A DNA stretch of 41,962 nucleotides from Spirogloea muscicola (Eukaryota). A model generated the notes under the pieces. It had not been told where the DNA came from. It ran no database searches and saw only the letters and a program-made list of their open reading frames with translations. Of the stretch, positions 1-11,711 are shown in pieces; the first letter of the stretch is position 1; every line of letters starts with the position of its first letter. The position numbers and the translations under genes are program-made. The DNA lies in NCBI GenBank assembly GCA_009602725.1, contig WELB01000031.1, positions 283,383-325,344 on the forward strand, written 5' to 3'.

Positions 1-376
1 TTTTTTCGCTCGCCACACTGGCATTGACGCACGCCCTGGAGGCATGGAGGCGGCAGCCCCAGGAGCCGGTGGACGGCAGTGCGAAACACCTCATCTGGGA
101 GGGTCAGGGCGTCAGTGATGGGGAGTGCCTGGAGCCACGCCGCTGCCCCCGGGGAGGAGGCCGAATGTAGTCTCGCGCGCCCGCGCAGGTCAGCCTCAGG
201 AAGCTGCAGCACGGCGGTTGTGTAGGCGGCCTTGTCGACGACGGCCGCGAAGCGCGCTTGGACGCGCAGGTCAGCGGTGTGCGCGAGGTGCGCAAAGGAG
301 ACCGCCTGGCCGGCCATGTCGGGGTGCGCCGCGAGCAGCTCCTGGTGGGCGGTGCGAAGCGCCACCTGGAACGGCA
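1..376 (-). mobile_element. CRE-like non-LTR retrotransposon fragment (post-RT region to zinc knuckle), cut by the window edge
   Basis: Minus strand reads PFQVALRTAHQELLAAHPDMAGQAVSFAHLAHTADLRVQARFAAVVDKAA...RARLHSASSPGAAAWLQALPITDALTLPDEVFRTAVHRLLGLPPPCLQGVRQCQCG, collinear with the long element at about 19450-19815. Confidence 0.9.
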
Positions 377-1220
377 AAGAGGAGCTCGCTTTTAGAAAGA
401 AAGAAGAAGAGCTCGCTTATAGAAAAGAGGAGCTAGCAGAAGCCAGCCAAAAAAAACAAAGAGAAAGTGCTCGCCCATTGAGAATGGGGGCTGGGAAAAC
501 CAGCCCGAAAAAGAATGAACAAAGTACGAGAAGGGGGCCAGGGGAAGCGCTAAGAAACAGAAACAAAGCAGCTACGAATCACTCAGTAACCTCTGCTAAG
601 CAGCCGCAAGTCGGAGATGCTAGGCTCGTTGAAGTGGGTCCCCTGGCCGGAGCCAGAGGCAGCAGCGAGGGCTCTGCCGGCACGAATGTGCAACGCCCGG
701 GCCATAGACCTCTGCACGAAGAAAGTGCTCGCCCATTGAGAATAGGGGCTGGAACAACCAGCCCGAAAGAGAGAAGGCGCGCGGGGCGCATGAATTGAAA
801 GGGAGGCCAATTCAAGCCAATACATTGTTCAGGCAGAGTCGAGTGCAGACTAAACAATGCTACATAATACGGAGACCTAATCTAAGGTACCTAAGATGAC
901 ATTAGTACCCACGGGTGAGCACAAAAGCTCGCCCGAAAGAGAATGAACAGAACCTCTGCACGAGGGCTCTGCCGGCACGAATGTGCAACGCCCGGGCCAT
1001 AGACCTCTGCAGCGAGACGGCCAGGCGCATTCAAGACACTTGCGCCAGCGACCCGGCTGCAGGAAAGTCAACCGGCTCCCCATGGAAGCGACGGGCGATG
1101 GCGTGGCGGGCGTTGCAGAAAGCGCGGCCAGGTTGACTGGTGGCTGGGAAAGGCCAGCCCAAAGGAATGGACAAGGTCTGAAGGAGCCGGAGTGCGAAGG
1201 ACTAAGACTAAGACGTCAGC
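377..1220 (-). mobile_element. Nest of minus-strand CRE-like 3' remnants (F4, F6, F3 and F1-like tails)
   Basis: ...EPSISDLRLLSRGY-stop ends at 583 and VLTRGY-stop at about 902-922. Several GGGCTGG..CCAGCC hairpin tails. Two 12-bp flanking direct repeats (708-719/952-963 and 761-772/931-942). Confidence 0.85.
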
Positions 1221-1259
1221 CAGGGAAAGAATGGAGCTGAAAAAGAACGGACATGGAAA

Positions 1260-1905
1260 GAATGAACGCAGATACCCGTTTCACCCGGTGGGAGACGAGT
1301 TTGTCCCACTCGCCGTCGACGTACACTGCGCCTTTGGCACAAAGTGGCTTGACCGGCTTCACCGCCTTGCGCGGCGGGCAGCGGCCCGCCGCCTCGGGCA
1401 GCAGGGCGAGCAGCCTGGCTTCAATGTCGCCGGGTCCCTCGCTCACGTCTTCCGGATGCGCTTTGTACTTGGCCACGCATGGCCCTCCATCTCTTACTAC
1501 ACACGCATTCCTTGGCCCCTTGCCTTCGCGGTTCACTTGCGCGCAGGCCGCGCTTTGCATCTAGACAACTAGACACGACGGAACCACAAAAAGCTCAATG
1601 CCTGCGGGGTGAGCAACATCAGGTCAGAGTAGCTCGAAGCTGGAAAAGATGCAGGCAGACGAGACCCAAAAGCAGCAACAATAGCACGGCCGCGCGCGAG
1701 TGGACGGCATGAGCATTTGGCGGCGGCCTCCGGCTTCCGTCAGGCGACATCTTTCTGCCTGCGAGCTATTCCGACTTGCACCTTTTGACTAGAGGTTACT
1801 GAGCGTCACCTTGCTGATGTCTTAGTCCTTAGTACTCTGGCTCCTTCAGACCTTATGCATTCCTTTGGGCTGGCCTGTCCCAGCCACCAGTTAATGTGGC
1901 CGCGA
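1260..1905 (+). mobile_element. CRE-like 3' fragment (F3) interrupted by two other remnants
   Basis: YPFHPVGDEFVPLAVDVHCAFGTKWLDRLHRLARRA...AGSLAHVFRMR, then AAASGFRQ...SYSDLHLLTRGY-stop (1800-1802) and 3'UTR. An F5-like tail lies at about 1461-1510 and an antisense F1-like terminus at about 1560-1712. Confidence 0.85.
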
Positions 1906-2677
1906 TATCCTTCCTCTCACAGGCTATCTGGGGATCTGGAGCACCACAGGTAAGTGGTGGCCTGCTTTAGTGCGCGCTCAGCACGCTGAGGATCGACGAG
2001 AGGCTAGAGAGCATTGATCTCAGTATGTGAGTACCACTTTCACTGTGAGTTTCTTGCTTGATCAGCCAACGACTTTCACTATCTTGCAGTGATCGTACCA
2101 ATCTGTCATGAGATGCTCTTGAGACTTCAACCATTTGATTCCTGTGTATGTTAAGCACTTTGGGCAATGGAAGCTCCACTTGTGCAGCGCACAGATACGC
2201 GGAGGTGCAGTGATCCCATGCTGCTTACTCATGTTAGGGTTACCAGCAATCATTATCCAAATCAAGTTGCATGAGGATGAAGTGGCCACATGTTGCAGAT
2301 TGTTGCTAGCCGGCGAAATAAGAAAAGTAGGAATGAACGAGATCGCAAGTGTGTTGTCCAGCGTGAGTATAGCTGTGAGGAGCTAATGAACCTTCGGCCT
2401 GTCCAGCCTGAATCACAGGGACTGTCAACACGAGGCCTCAGGAAAATGGTGGCGAGGCAGGCCCAGACAGCTGCCTCAGCGAGTGTGAGGAGCCAGCAAG
2501 ATTGCATGGCAAGGACAGCATGACCACCCTTGCCTCTCCAACAGTTAGCTCTTTGAGTGCTCTGGCTGAAGCCACTCGGAGCACAGGCGCAGCATGGGGC
2601 AGCATGCCTCCATAGATGAATGGGCGAAATGTGCAATGGGCCGGGGTCGGGGGCAGTGGGTGAATGTAGAAGGGGCG

Positions 2678-3042
<365 letters not shown>

Positions 3043-3182
3043 AGATGAGGGGGATGTGCATGTCGCAGCACCCACTGCTTGTGGGCTCCATCTCTGTCCT
3101 CTCAAGGACCCCTCCAACATCTACGGCGGCAGTCAATCTTCCTTCCCCTCTGTGGATCCATGTAGCATCGACAGGCAGCCCC

Positions 3183-5270
3183 CTACCTGACACCTCCTGT
3201 GAGGTGCCCATGGCCCGATGTATGCCAGTCCAGATGCACCAATGGCAGGGCCATTATGCTTGCCAGCACTGCCACTAGCACAGCCTTGAGCCACATAGGG
3301 AGCTTCTGCATGCTTCCCGCATGCCTGCGCTCACCCCTGCTTTCAGGCACCTGTGCTCCTCTATTGGTTGTGCTTGCAGCTGCGGCTGCTGCAGCTGCTG
3401 CAGCAGCTGCAGCCGCCAAGGCCTCGGCCTCCTTTGCTTGTCGTTCCCTCTCCTGCAGCTCCTCCAGCCTTGCCACAAACTCTGGGAACATTCTCCTGAA
3501 TACCGCACTGCTCTGGCCCAGCACGTCAATTCATTAGATCAATGGACAAATGCAGAATGAACAGAGCAGCAATGCTAAGATACGTTGTGCTCCTACTCCC
3601 TGACAATGGAAAGGGCAGCAGCTCATGACTCGCCTTTTGCAGTTGAAGGCTAAGGATTGCTGCGCCAAGCTCTGCTTTTCAGCCGTCGTGGTTGTAACAC
3701 TACCTGTTGTTGGGGTGTTGTCCATCTGCACACAGAATAGCGGATTAACGCTAGTGCAGGCTGGACGAGTTGGAGGTAGCAGATGGGAATGTCAAGAAGG
3801 GTCGCGAAGTGTCAAGAAAGATTGCATAGGGCCATGGAATGCAATGCAGAAGGCCATGAGATGAATGCCAAGAGTCGGATGTCATCTTGATCACTCACCA
3901 TGAAGGATAGCAAGCCGGTCAAGATGCTGCATTCACGTAGGGCAGTTGACCAGAATCACAAAAATTCCTGCTGTCAGAGAAAATGAAGAGCTAATTGTTG
4001 ACGTCTAACGACGACGTCAGTATTGAGCACGCTAAAGAACGAGCACAGGCAGGTGATGTCCACACTGCTTTCTCTTCCGCTGAAAAAGCTCTTCACAAGG
4101 GTGAGGTGCACAAATGGACATGGCCACAGTAGCTCACTGAGCAGTAATTCAGCAGGCAAGCAACCCCAACTGACTTGTACGGAGAGGCACAATGTACCTT
4201 GCTATAGACCACATGGGATTCCACGTCTCTGGATGGACTGCAACATGGGAAGCCTCAACAGGATCATGACTCTGCTGGGCTCATGGGCAACAATGGGGGC
4301 CATCTGACCACCCTGACAGGCTAGACAGTTGCCTCAGCTACTCTGCATGGCACTAACCCTGGAGTTGCAGGAGCAAGGGGCAAGGTGAGCTTGCTACCAC
4401 AGAAGAGAAGAGACCGGCCATTGCCTGGCCTGCTGGTACGCTTAGGTGCATTTCAAGTCTGCAGGGCTCGCACACTCAGCTCAATACAAGGGGCCAGGTG
4501 CCAGGCACTTACAGTCACTCATGGACATGCAGATGCGCTTCTGAGGGGCAAACCGACCGTTGGGAGTGAGCATGCTGCAGCACCCGGCAGGAACAAAGAG
4601 TAGCGTGTCACACAACGAGGCGGGGGATGACAATGTCAAAGGCTGCGTTCAAATACTGGCTGCCAATCGAGAAGCCCGGTACATTTGCACCAGTGCAGGG
4701 ACCCAGCACGACCGACTGCTATCAAGTACTTCAGCACAAGCGGCAAACTCAGAGCTCGTGCCTGATGGAGGGTGGCTTGAAGGGGTACTCCGCGGGGAAC
4801 TTGAGCTTGCCATGGTAGAGCCCTCCTGCAGCAGCAGCAGCAGCAAACGGCAGGTACAGCCGCAGCAGCAGCAGCAGGGACAGCAGCGGCGCGACAGCAG
4901 GGGATCAGTGGAGCCGGGAGAGCGCGCTGTGGACCTTCCGAACGAGGGCACCCGCAGGCTGCCAAACCGCTGCTACGCTGCGGGTGACGTGCGTGACCTT
5001 CTGGGACGCCCGGGTGCGAGGCGCTTACCTTCAAAAGGCGTGCCCCGGCTGCCTTCCAGCACAAAGTGCCACTCGAGGATATCGGATGGCAACGGCCGTG
5101 CCACGACCTGCGGCACGGGTTCCTGAGAGGCAGGCCAAGGGCGAGGCAGGGGTCAGGATGGGAGCACGAGGGGCCGCGGCAGGCTGGCGAGGCCGGGGGA
5201 GGGCCTGCACCTTGTGGAGGGCCTTGAGCTCCTTTTGCAGGCGCTGCACGCAGGCGCGGCCGCCGGCCAT
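3183..5270 (-). CDS. UBC6: Tail-anchored ER ubiquitin-conjugating enzyme (Ubc6/UBE2J2, plant UBC33/34 type), 8 exons
   Basis: Exons 5270-5211, 5122-5029, 4825-4762, 4574-4513, 4237-4198, 3926-3899, 3725-3634 and 3507-3183 splice in frame. Product MAGGRACVQRLQKELKALHKEPVPQVVARPLPSDILEWHFVLEG...[40 protein letters not shown]...TTGSV...LAFNCK, with catalytic Cys, a poly-Ala tract and a C-terminal hydrophobic anchor (WLKAVLVAVLASIMALPLV). Confidence 0.93.
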
Positions 5271-5427
5271 GGCGGCCGGCGGGGGCAAGACGCAGGCGCG
5301 CGCGCGGGTGCGGGGGCGGAGGGTGGGGGGGGCGTTCCCTACGACGAGCGGGGACGGGTCTACCGCATGCCGGCTCGCCTCAAAGGCAGTAGTCCCTCGG
5401 CCCGGTCACGAGCCTCGAATCCTCGAC

Positions 5428-5810
5428 GCCTTCGCTTCCATACCCCACTTGAGAACATAGCGAGTCTGGGTTGTACGACGCGAGGATGTGCTTCCAGCCC
5501 AGATGGGTATGTCGGCAGCCTATCTGTCATTTTAGTCTGCACTCGACTCTGCCTGAACAATGTATTGGCTTGAATTGGCCTCCCTTTCAATTCATGCGCC
5601 CCGCGCGCCTTCTCTCTCTCTTTTGCGACGTCGAGTGTCAGCTTGTCTGCAGCGAGCTCAGGCTCATGCGTTGCATCAGAAAGCTGGTCGAGCCTTGGCT
5701 GGTAGTTCAAGAGCTTGTCGATTGCCGTCCGGTATTCGAGCATCAGTCAGCGACCTCTGTGTGCTGACTCGTGGTTACTGAGCGGGTCATCTTAGCAGCA
5801 GGTGATGTAG
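5428..5810 (+). mobile_element. CRE-like 3' fragment (F5) with a nested 90-bp F6 tail at 5531-5620
   Basis: RFHTPLENIASLG...AAYLS / LRRRVSACLQRAQAHALHQKAGRALAGSSRACRLPSGIRASVSDLCVLTRGY-stop (5781). Matches 40875-41160 once the insert is removed. Confidence 0.88.
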
Positions 5811-6330
5811 CGATTTTACATGGCTGGAATGTCAATGAAACAGTAACGTATTGACAGATGCCTGGAGACTAGAAACCTCATCCGGCTGATAAATAAAGTG
5901 ACTGTCAGTGCCGCAGGGAAGGCTTGACAGATGCCTGGAGACGGACAATTTCACCAGGCGGGTTGCGTCGCTCACAGCTCTATGTTGAAGCCACGCAGCC
6001 CAGCCTGGAGTCGTGACATGCGAGACAGCATGGTGCTGGCGCTGGAACGGCGACGGGAGGTGGCAGCGCTGTAGACTGCCTTGACGGCGTTGTTAGCCGA
6101 TAGTGATGACGGGAACGATAGACGGCTGATGATAGCCTGGGGGTGGTGACCGTCAGCTAGTGACGGGGGACCGTCAGTATGGCGGTGGTTGCCGATGGAT
6201 GGGTAGATTGTCGGTGGTAGCCCGTTGATAGCCGTCGACAGGTCGTGGACCGGTCGTCAACGAGAGACTGGGTGCCAAATGTCCCACCCGGGCCCATATG
6301 GCCGGGCTCGCAGTCCGTCGGGCTATATAG

Positions 6331-6476
6331 AGAGAAGGCGCGCGGGGCGCATGAATTGAAAGGGAGGCCAATTCAAGCCAATACATTGTTCAGAAACTAG
6401 AGCTATATAGCTATATATAGAGAAGAAGTGGCACTCCCAATGGGGGCAAGGGCTGCGAAAAGCCAGCCCAAAAAGA
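6331..6476 (-). mobile_element. Two CRE-like 3'-terminal remnants (F6 at 6331-6393, F2 at 6421-6476)
   Basis: 6332-6393 is identical to part of 771-854. 6424-6476 matches about 17152-17205 (GAAGTGGCACTCCCAATGGGGGCAAGGGCTGCGAAAAGCCAGCCCAAAAAGA). Confidence 0.85.
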
Positions 6477-6477
6477 N

Positions 6478-9400
6478 CGCGACTCGACGGCCCGTCGCCG
6501 GACGGCCCGCGCGACACGCCAGCCTCGCGAGCCGCCGGCGACAGCGTCCGTGGCGGCGGCTGTGCGGAGGAGTCTCCCGCCGGCTTGAGGCTTCGCGGCG
6601 AGGACGACGCCGGCGGCGCCGCAGCTCCGTCGCCGCCAGCCGCTGACGCCGGGGTTCGATTCCGGCACCCGAGCTTTCACGACTCGCTGGATTTTGACTT
6701 GACCTCTCACCGTGCATTCCAAGTCCTTCTGGCCGCTGGTGCATTGGCTGAGAACATCTAAACCCCAAACCCTTATTCCCTGACCCCTAGACACTAAGCC
6801 TTAAACCCAAAACCCTGGGGGCCTCTATGAGTGGCTAGCATTTGCTTCTGGCATCCCTTCCCCTTGCTTGTCCGCATCGGATACTCATTATGGTCTCTTC
6901 TTACCTTCCGTGTGGTCCGATTTCTCCTTTGATAATGTAACAGCAATTTCAATGTGAGCCCACCTTCTTATGGATGTTCTGGCACTCGGTCTAATCACAT
7001 TGTCCTCAGGCATACCTTCCAACAGCTTTCTGCGGCCGCCATTGACGTGCGCAGGGAGCAGCCTCCGCGGCGCAGCCTCCGCTGCTGTCGGTGGGCGCCT
7101 TCCAGCAGCTGCCGGCAGTGTCGCCGGCCGACGAGATCCTGGGCACTGCGCTCCGTCGCGCCAGGCTCGTCCGCCCCACCAAAGGTAGCGCAAGCTTGCA
7201 AACCTGCCTGGTGGTTGGTTTAAGATTAAGGTGACGGGTTTTGGCTTTAGGCAAGCCCGCAAGCTGCCCTACACCTGTTACCTTTGTACCTGTTCATTCC
7301 ACCTTCCTGACAATTTGTGGATCTAGACTCAGTGAGAGTCATGGATGCGGTCCTGGAGGAAGACGCGCACTTTTGATGAGGCACTTAGCCGCCAACTTGC
7401 AGGGATCATGAACGCGGCCAAGCGGGAGCGCAACAGGGGCGCCAAGCAGCTCGATACGCTCACCAAGGCCAGTAGCTTCAACCTGGCCCCTTTTGATGTA
7501 GTCATGAAAAGCGCCATGTGCAGCCTGTGGGATTGTCGAGCCGCTGAAATGCCCGCTGCTTTCCTTTATGGAGCAATGTGGCGCGGCCGCCTGCTATCTT
7601 GTGCATTGAAGTGAGGAGTTTGGGGTTAGGTCTAGGTTAGGGTTTAAACCCTGAACCCTAAACCCTATGCTATCATGCGCAGTCAGCTATCTCTGAGCCT
7701 GACTATGTGCCGAAGCAAAGCATGCATGCCTCCTTGCTAGTAGGCATGAGACGTTGGTCTATCGAGACTTTCTTGATACATCATAGGGAGTAGATTGCAG
7801 CATGGAAAGTGAATGATTGAGTCTCTCATGCCTTGCTGAAGAAAGGGAAGCAAGCCAGCCTTACAGGAAGCCTTGCACTAAGTGATGTAAATGACCTGCT
7901 AATCCTGTGGCACGGGCTGGCTCTGGCGCGTTCAGGAGTTGGCGGGGCCTCTGGGCGTGTACATCACCAAGTTCCCGTCGCCCAGCCGGCTGCACGCCTT
8001 TGAGCGCTGCCTGCTGGAGCTCACTCTGGGGGACGGCAACTACCAACTTGTGCGCAGGCCTCACCAAGACTCGAACCTTTAAGCTTCATGAACGCCCAAG
8101 TCAAAGCCCTGCTCTCATAGAGCTTACAAGCACCCCAGAGAGGCTCAGCCGGAGGGCTTATGCATTTGAGGTCCTAGTGCAAGGAGTGCAAGTTTTACTG
8201 ATAGATGGTTGCACTGAGTCTTGTAGCTTTGGGAGGCTGAATGACTTGTAATTTGTGTTGATTGTCATCTGGGCCAAGCAATAATATGTGGTCGTCAGCT
8301 AGGATGTTATAGTAATCTCCAGGTTGAGGTTGTGCAGTCTCTGAGCAAGGTGGACGCCCTGAGGAAGCGGGTTCTGGACCTTGGCAAGAACTACGCCTCA
8401 CTCGTAAACAAGGTGAGCCCCGCTATTCCATGCACCCTTTTTCTGCTTCCTCTCGCATGAGCGGGCTTCCTCTCACACAAGCAGGGCTCCTGCTGTGCTA
8501 AGGCAAAATTTGAGCGTGAGTTGGGTCTTCTATCATGGCGTTTAGGGCCTAAACAAAGGAATCGTTTAACCACATCTGATCTGCTCAACAAGCTGTCTGA
8601 TGGCTTATCTTGGAGGTTCTTTGACAAAGTTCTTTTTCCAACTTTCTTCCTCAGACTACAACAAGGAAGGAGGCCGAGGACGTGGCAGCCGAGGTAAACC
8701 AAGTGTTGCAGCCTAAAGGAGCTCCAGACTTGTCAAGAAAGCTACATATAAAACTTAGCTCTCCCTCAAATGTAGTCCTGTGGCCACCTGTTGTCAGCAT
8801 CCCATGTAGGCCCTTCAGCGCTGCTTGCTGCTGTGGAGGCAGGTATTGACCCTGTCATTCTTGTGCAGGGCTTCATGCGGCTGGAGGAGCTCTTCAAGCG
8901 CTTCAGCCCTGCTGTAGACGGCCTCAAGGAGGTTGCAAAGGTGCTCCTACAAAGATATGGAATATGTAAAAGCATAAGCCTTGCGCATCGTCATGGCTGT
9001 GCACGGACTTGATGCAGCAATGTCCTTGATAAGGAGAAGCAAGGGCTGCATCCGAAGCATCGTGGGAGATTTGAGGATTAGTAATTATAGATGAGGTTGG
9101 CTCCATTGTCGACCTTACACTGGATTGGATATTATTGGCATGCTCAGAAGCAATAGTCTAGTGTATTGTGAATGATGGTGCTGACAATCTCAAAGGTGAG
9201 GGCTCATTGCTTGTCGCAGACGCTCCGGGCAATGCCAGTAGTGCACACAAGAGTGCCGACGCTGTGCTTGGTGGGCGCGCCCAATGTTGGCAAGTCTTCG
9301 CTCGTCCGCGTGCTCTCATCCGGCAAGCCCGAGGTGCTACTAGATGTTGATGACCACAGGATTTGTAGCAAGTTAGGCCTACTGACATCTAGAAGGTGCA

Positions 9401-10797
9401 AGTTGTATGTGTCATATTAGTCGATGTGGTTCCTCCCTCTGATCTTGGCCATGCTCTTGAATACACGATGTCTTAAGCACGCAGTTTGTTGTGCAGGTCT
9501 GCAACTATCCGTTCACAACGCGGGGCATCTCCATGGGCCACTTCTTTGTGGACACTCGCCGCCACCAGGTCACTGATACGCCTGGCCTGCTACATCGACC
9601 GGATGGTGAGGTTGCCAAAACGTTGCCATAGGCAACTCATTTTCACATGCACTGTCCAGAGCTTAAACATCTGCAGATTTACACGGAACCCCAACCTATA
9701 CTTCATGGCCTGCATGGCCTCTGAGATACCGTTGATGCATGCCTAAATATTCCAAATAATGTAAGGCTTTTCTTTGGAGTGGAGTCTCTGAGCACAAAGA
9801 TGAGTGTGTCTAAATTGGTTATTGAGGGGCTCATATATCCACCTTCTTGGCAGCTGAGCGCAACAACATCGAGAAGCTGACCTTGGCTGCGCTCTGTCAC
9901 CTGCCAACCGCCGTGCTCTATGTGCACGACCTCACCGGCGATTGTGGCATGTCAACTGCCGACCAGGTGACAGATAGTTGCTAAGGAATTGCAGTCTTGG
10001 TCCTCTTTACCAGCTTGCAAATTCTGACCACCAGGTAGTGACAGATGACTTAGCTGTGGTAGCTAGATCACTATTCATTGTCTGTTCACACGTATGGCTG
10101 AAGTGAATACCACAATGCACTTGATTCTAGTAAAGTTCTAGTAACAATGCACCAGTACCTGACCGTCAGGATGCTTGTTCATATTACTGTGGGCCTTGTG
10201 AATTTCTGTGGGCCTTGTGCAGTATTCGCTCCACCTGTCCTTGAAGGAGCGATTCGCAGAACGCCCCTGGATTGACGTTGTGTCCAAGTCGGACCTCCTC
10301 CCTCAGCCCCTGCCAGATGATACCATGGCTGCTAGCTTGGGAGACTCCATGGAAGCGTATCTCCAGCAAGGCCCGCCGGGAGCGCTTTATGTCTCAACAG
10401 AAACTGGCAGAGGTTTATCTGAGGTATGCAAAGTATCCTAAGCAGGTGATGCAAGGCTTGGTTCACCATTACACGAGCTGATCCTTGGTTGGATGTATCA
10501 CAAGTGCTGACAGTAAGTGAATGTATATTGTACAAGCTGAAATGTGTCATTGAGCTCCTGTCAAAATTTTTGAGGACCTTATGTACAGTCCTTGTATGGC
10601 AGCTGAAACAGCGTGTGGTCGAGTTGCTGTCGGCAAGCCGGTTGTGGGAGGAATATGCGGATGCACCGGACGATGAGGTCAACATCAGACAGCTCCAAAC
10701 TGTTGCCAAGAAGGCCGTGGAGAAGGCGGCGAGGAAAAAGGAGCAGGAGGAATTCTACTTTCCCGCACTACCAGAAGGCATGCTTCGAGGGACATAG
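6478..10797 (+). CDS. PDE318: NOG1/Obg-family GTPase, plant PDE318-like subgroup; start codon probably lost in the gap at 6477
   Basis: Exons 7055-7184, 7403-7467, 7936-8049, 8338-8412, 8655-8693, 8869-8940, 9220-9333, 9497-9605, 9854-9966, 10223-10423 and 10603-10797 join in frame. Motifs VGAFQQLP..AKRERNRGAKQLD, G1 GAPNVGKS, G2 YPFTT, G3 DTPG, NNIEKLTLAAL, G4 SKSD. The first exon at 6478 to about 6654 is tentative. Confidence 0.9.
6759..6817. repeat. Degenerate telomere-like (CCCTAAA-type) repeats in the presumed first intron
   Basis: TAAACCCCAAACCCTTATTCCCTGACCCCTAGACACTAAGCCTTAAACCCAAAACCCTG shows roughly 7-nt periodicity. Confidence 0.55.
7619..7667. repeat. Inverted telomere-like repeats with a telo-box (AAACCCTA, 7660-7667) in an intron
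   Basis: G-rich units (GGGGTTAGGTCTAGGTTAGGGTT) abut C-rich units (TAAACCCTGAACCCTAAACCCTA). Central palindrome AGGGTTTAAACCCT at 7639-7652. Confidence 0.7.
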
Positions 10798-11711
10798 TCC
10801 GCGGTGCAACTGTTAGGGCTTCAAGCGGACCGAGGACCACAGGCGCCAGCTATGACACCCAGCGTACTGTGGAGCTGGATGGTTCCAGGCCTTGCGGATA
10901 TCCGCGCATGGCACTATGAATAAGGTGTTGCCAAAGAATACCCAATGTGCATCAGTGAAGGAACTAAGTGGAGATGTGCGCGTCATATGCAAAGGTCACA
11001 GGTTTTCGCCTAGTAGTTGCTTCACAGCTGTGGTAGCACTGACGTGTGCCATATGCAGGAACCACAATGGACGTGCTTCTTAGACACTAATACTTGGCGG
11101 GTGCCAACGTGGTCGCAGCATTTGCAAGGTGAGGCACGTGTGCATCCGACAGCACTGCCGGTGACAATCAATGGCGAGAGCACGGTCTGAGTACGTCAAT
11201 GCCTGGCAGCCAAAGCCTGGGTGTTTGGCTGCAGCGCCCGGCTCTTGTGGTGGACGGCTCAATGAAGTGGATGACTTTTGCACGATGGTGGCCCACTTCG
11301 ACAAGTTGGCGCGACCAACTGTTGTCACAGTCCAACTAAGGCTTCCAGCTTACCGATACTTTTAAGCATCTCGGAGATTTTGTCTTCTCGTGGGTTGTTG
11401 CCCTAGCAGACAGGGCCTCGATGTTGTGCACAGTGTCAGGCAGTGCAAGGAAATTTCCTGTCAGTCGGGTTCGGCATATTATCTTCATATTAGCACCATG
11501 ATACTCGACAGCCAATTGCTGAACTTGAAGTGGTTTATGTAGTACCTATTTATTTCACTACGATGTTAGCCATACTACCTGGAGGATTCCAGGCTTGTGC
11601 TTTTTAGATGCACGCTTGTGCAATTATGCCGGGAGAGGTTGCCATGGGGATAAAAGGTGCGCCAGCGCTTATGATACAAGCTGGTATGAGTAGCTTCTAC
11701 TACTGCTCAGC

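Noticed and set aside
5531..5620. Independent tRNA-derived SINE
   Set aside because: No A/B boxes seen, and the copy at 771-922 continues into the retrotransposon's LTRGY-stop.
7639..7652. Ancient chromosome end-to-end fusion site
   Set aside because: Only about three units per side, inside an intron of an intact gene whose exons continue on both sides.
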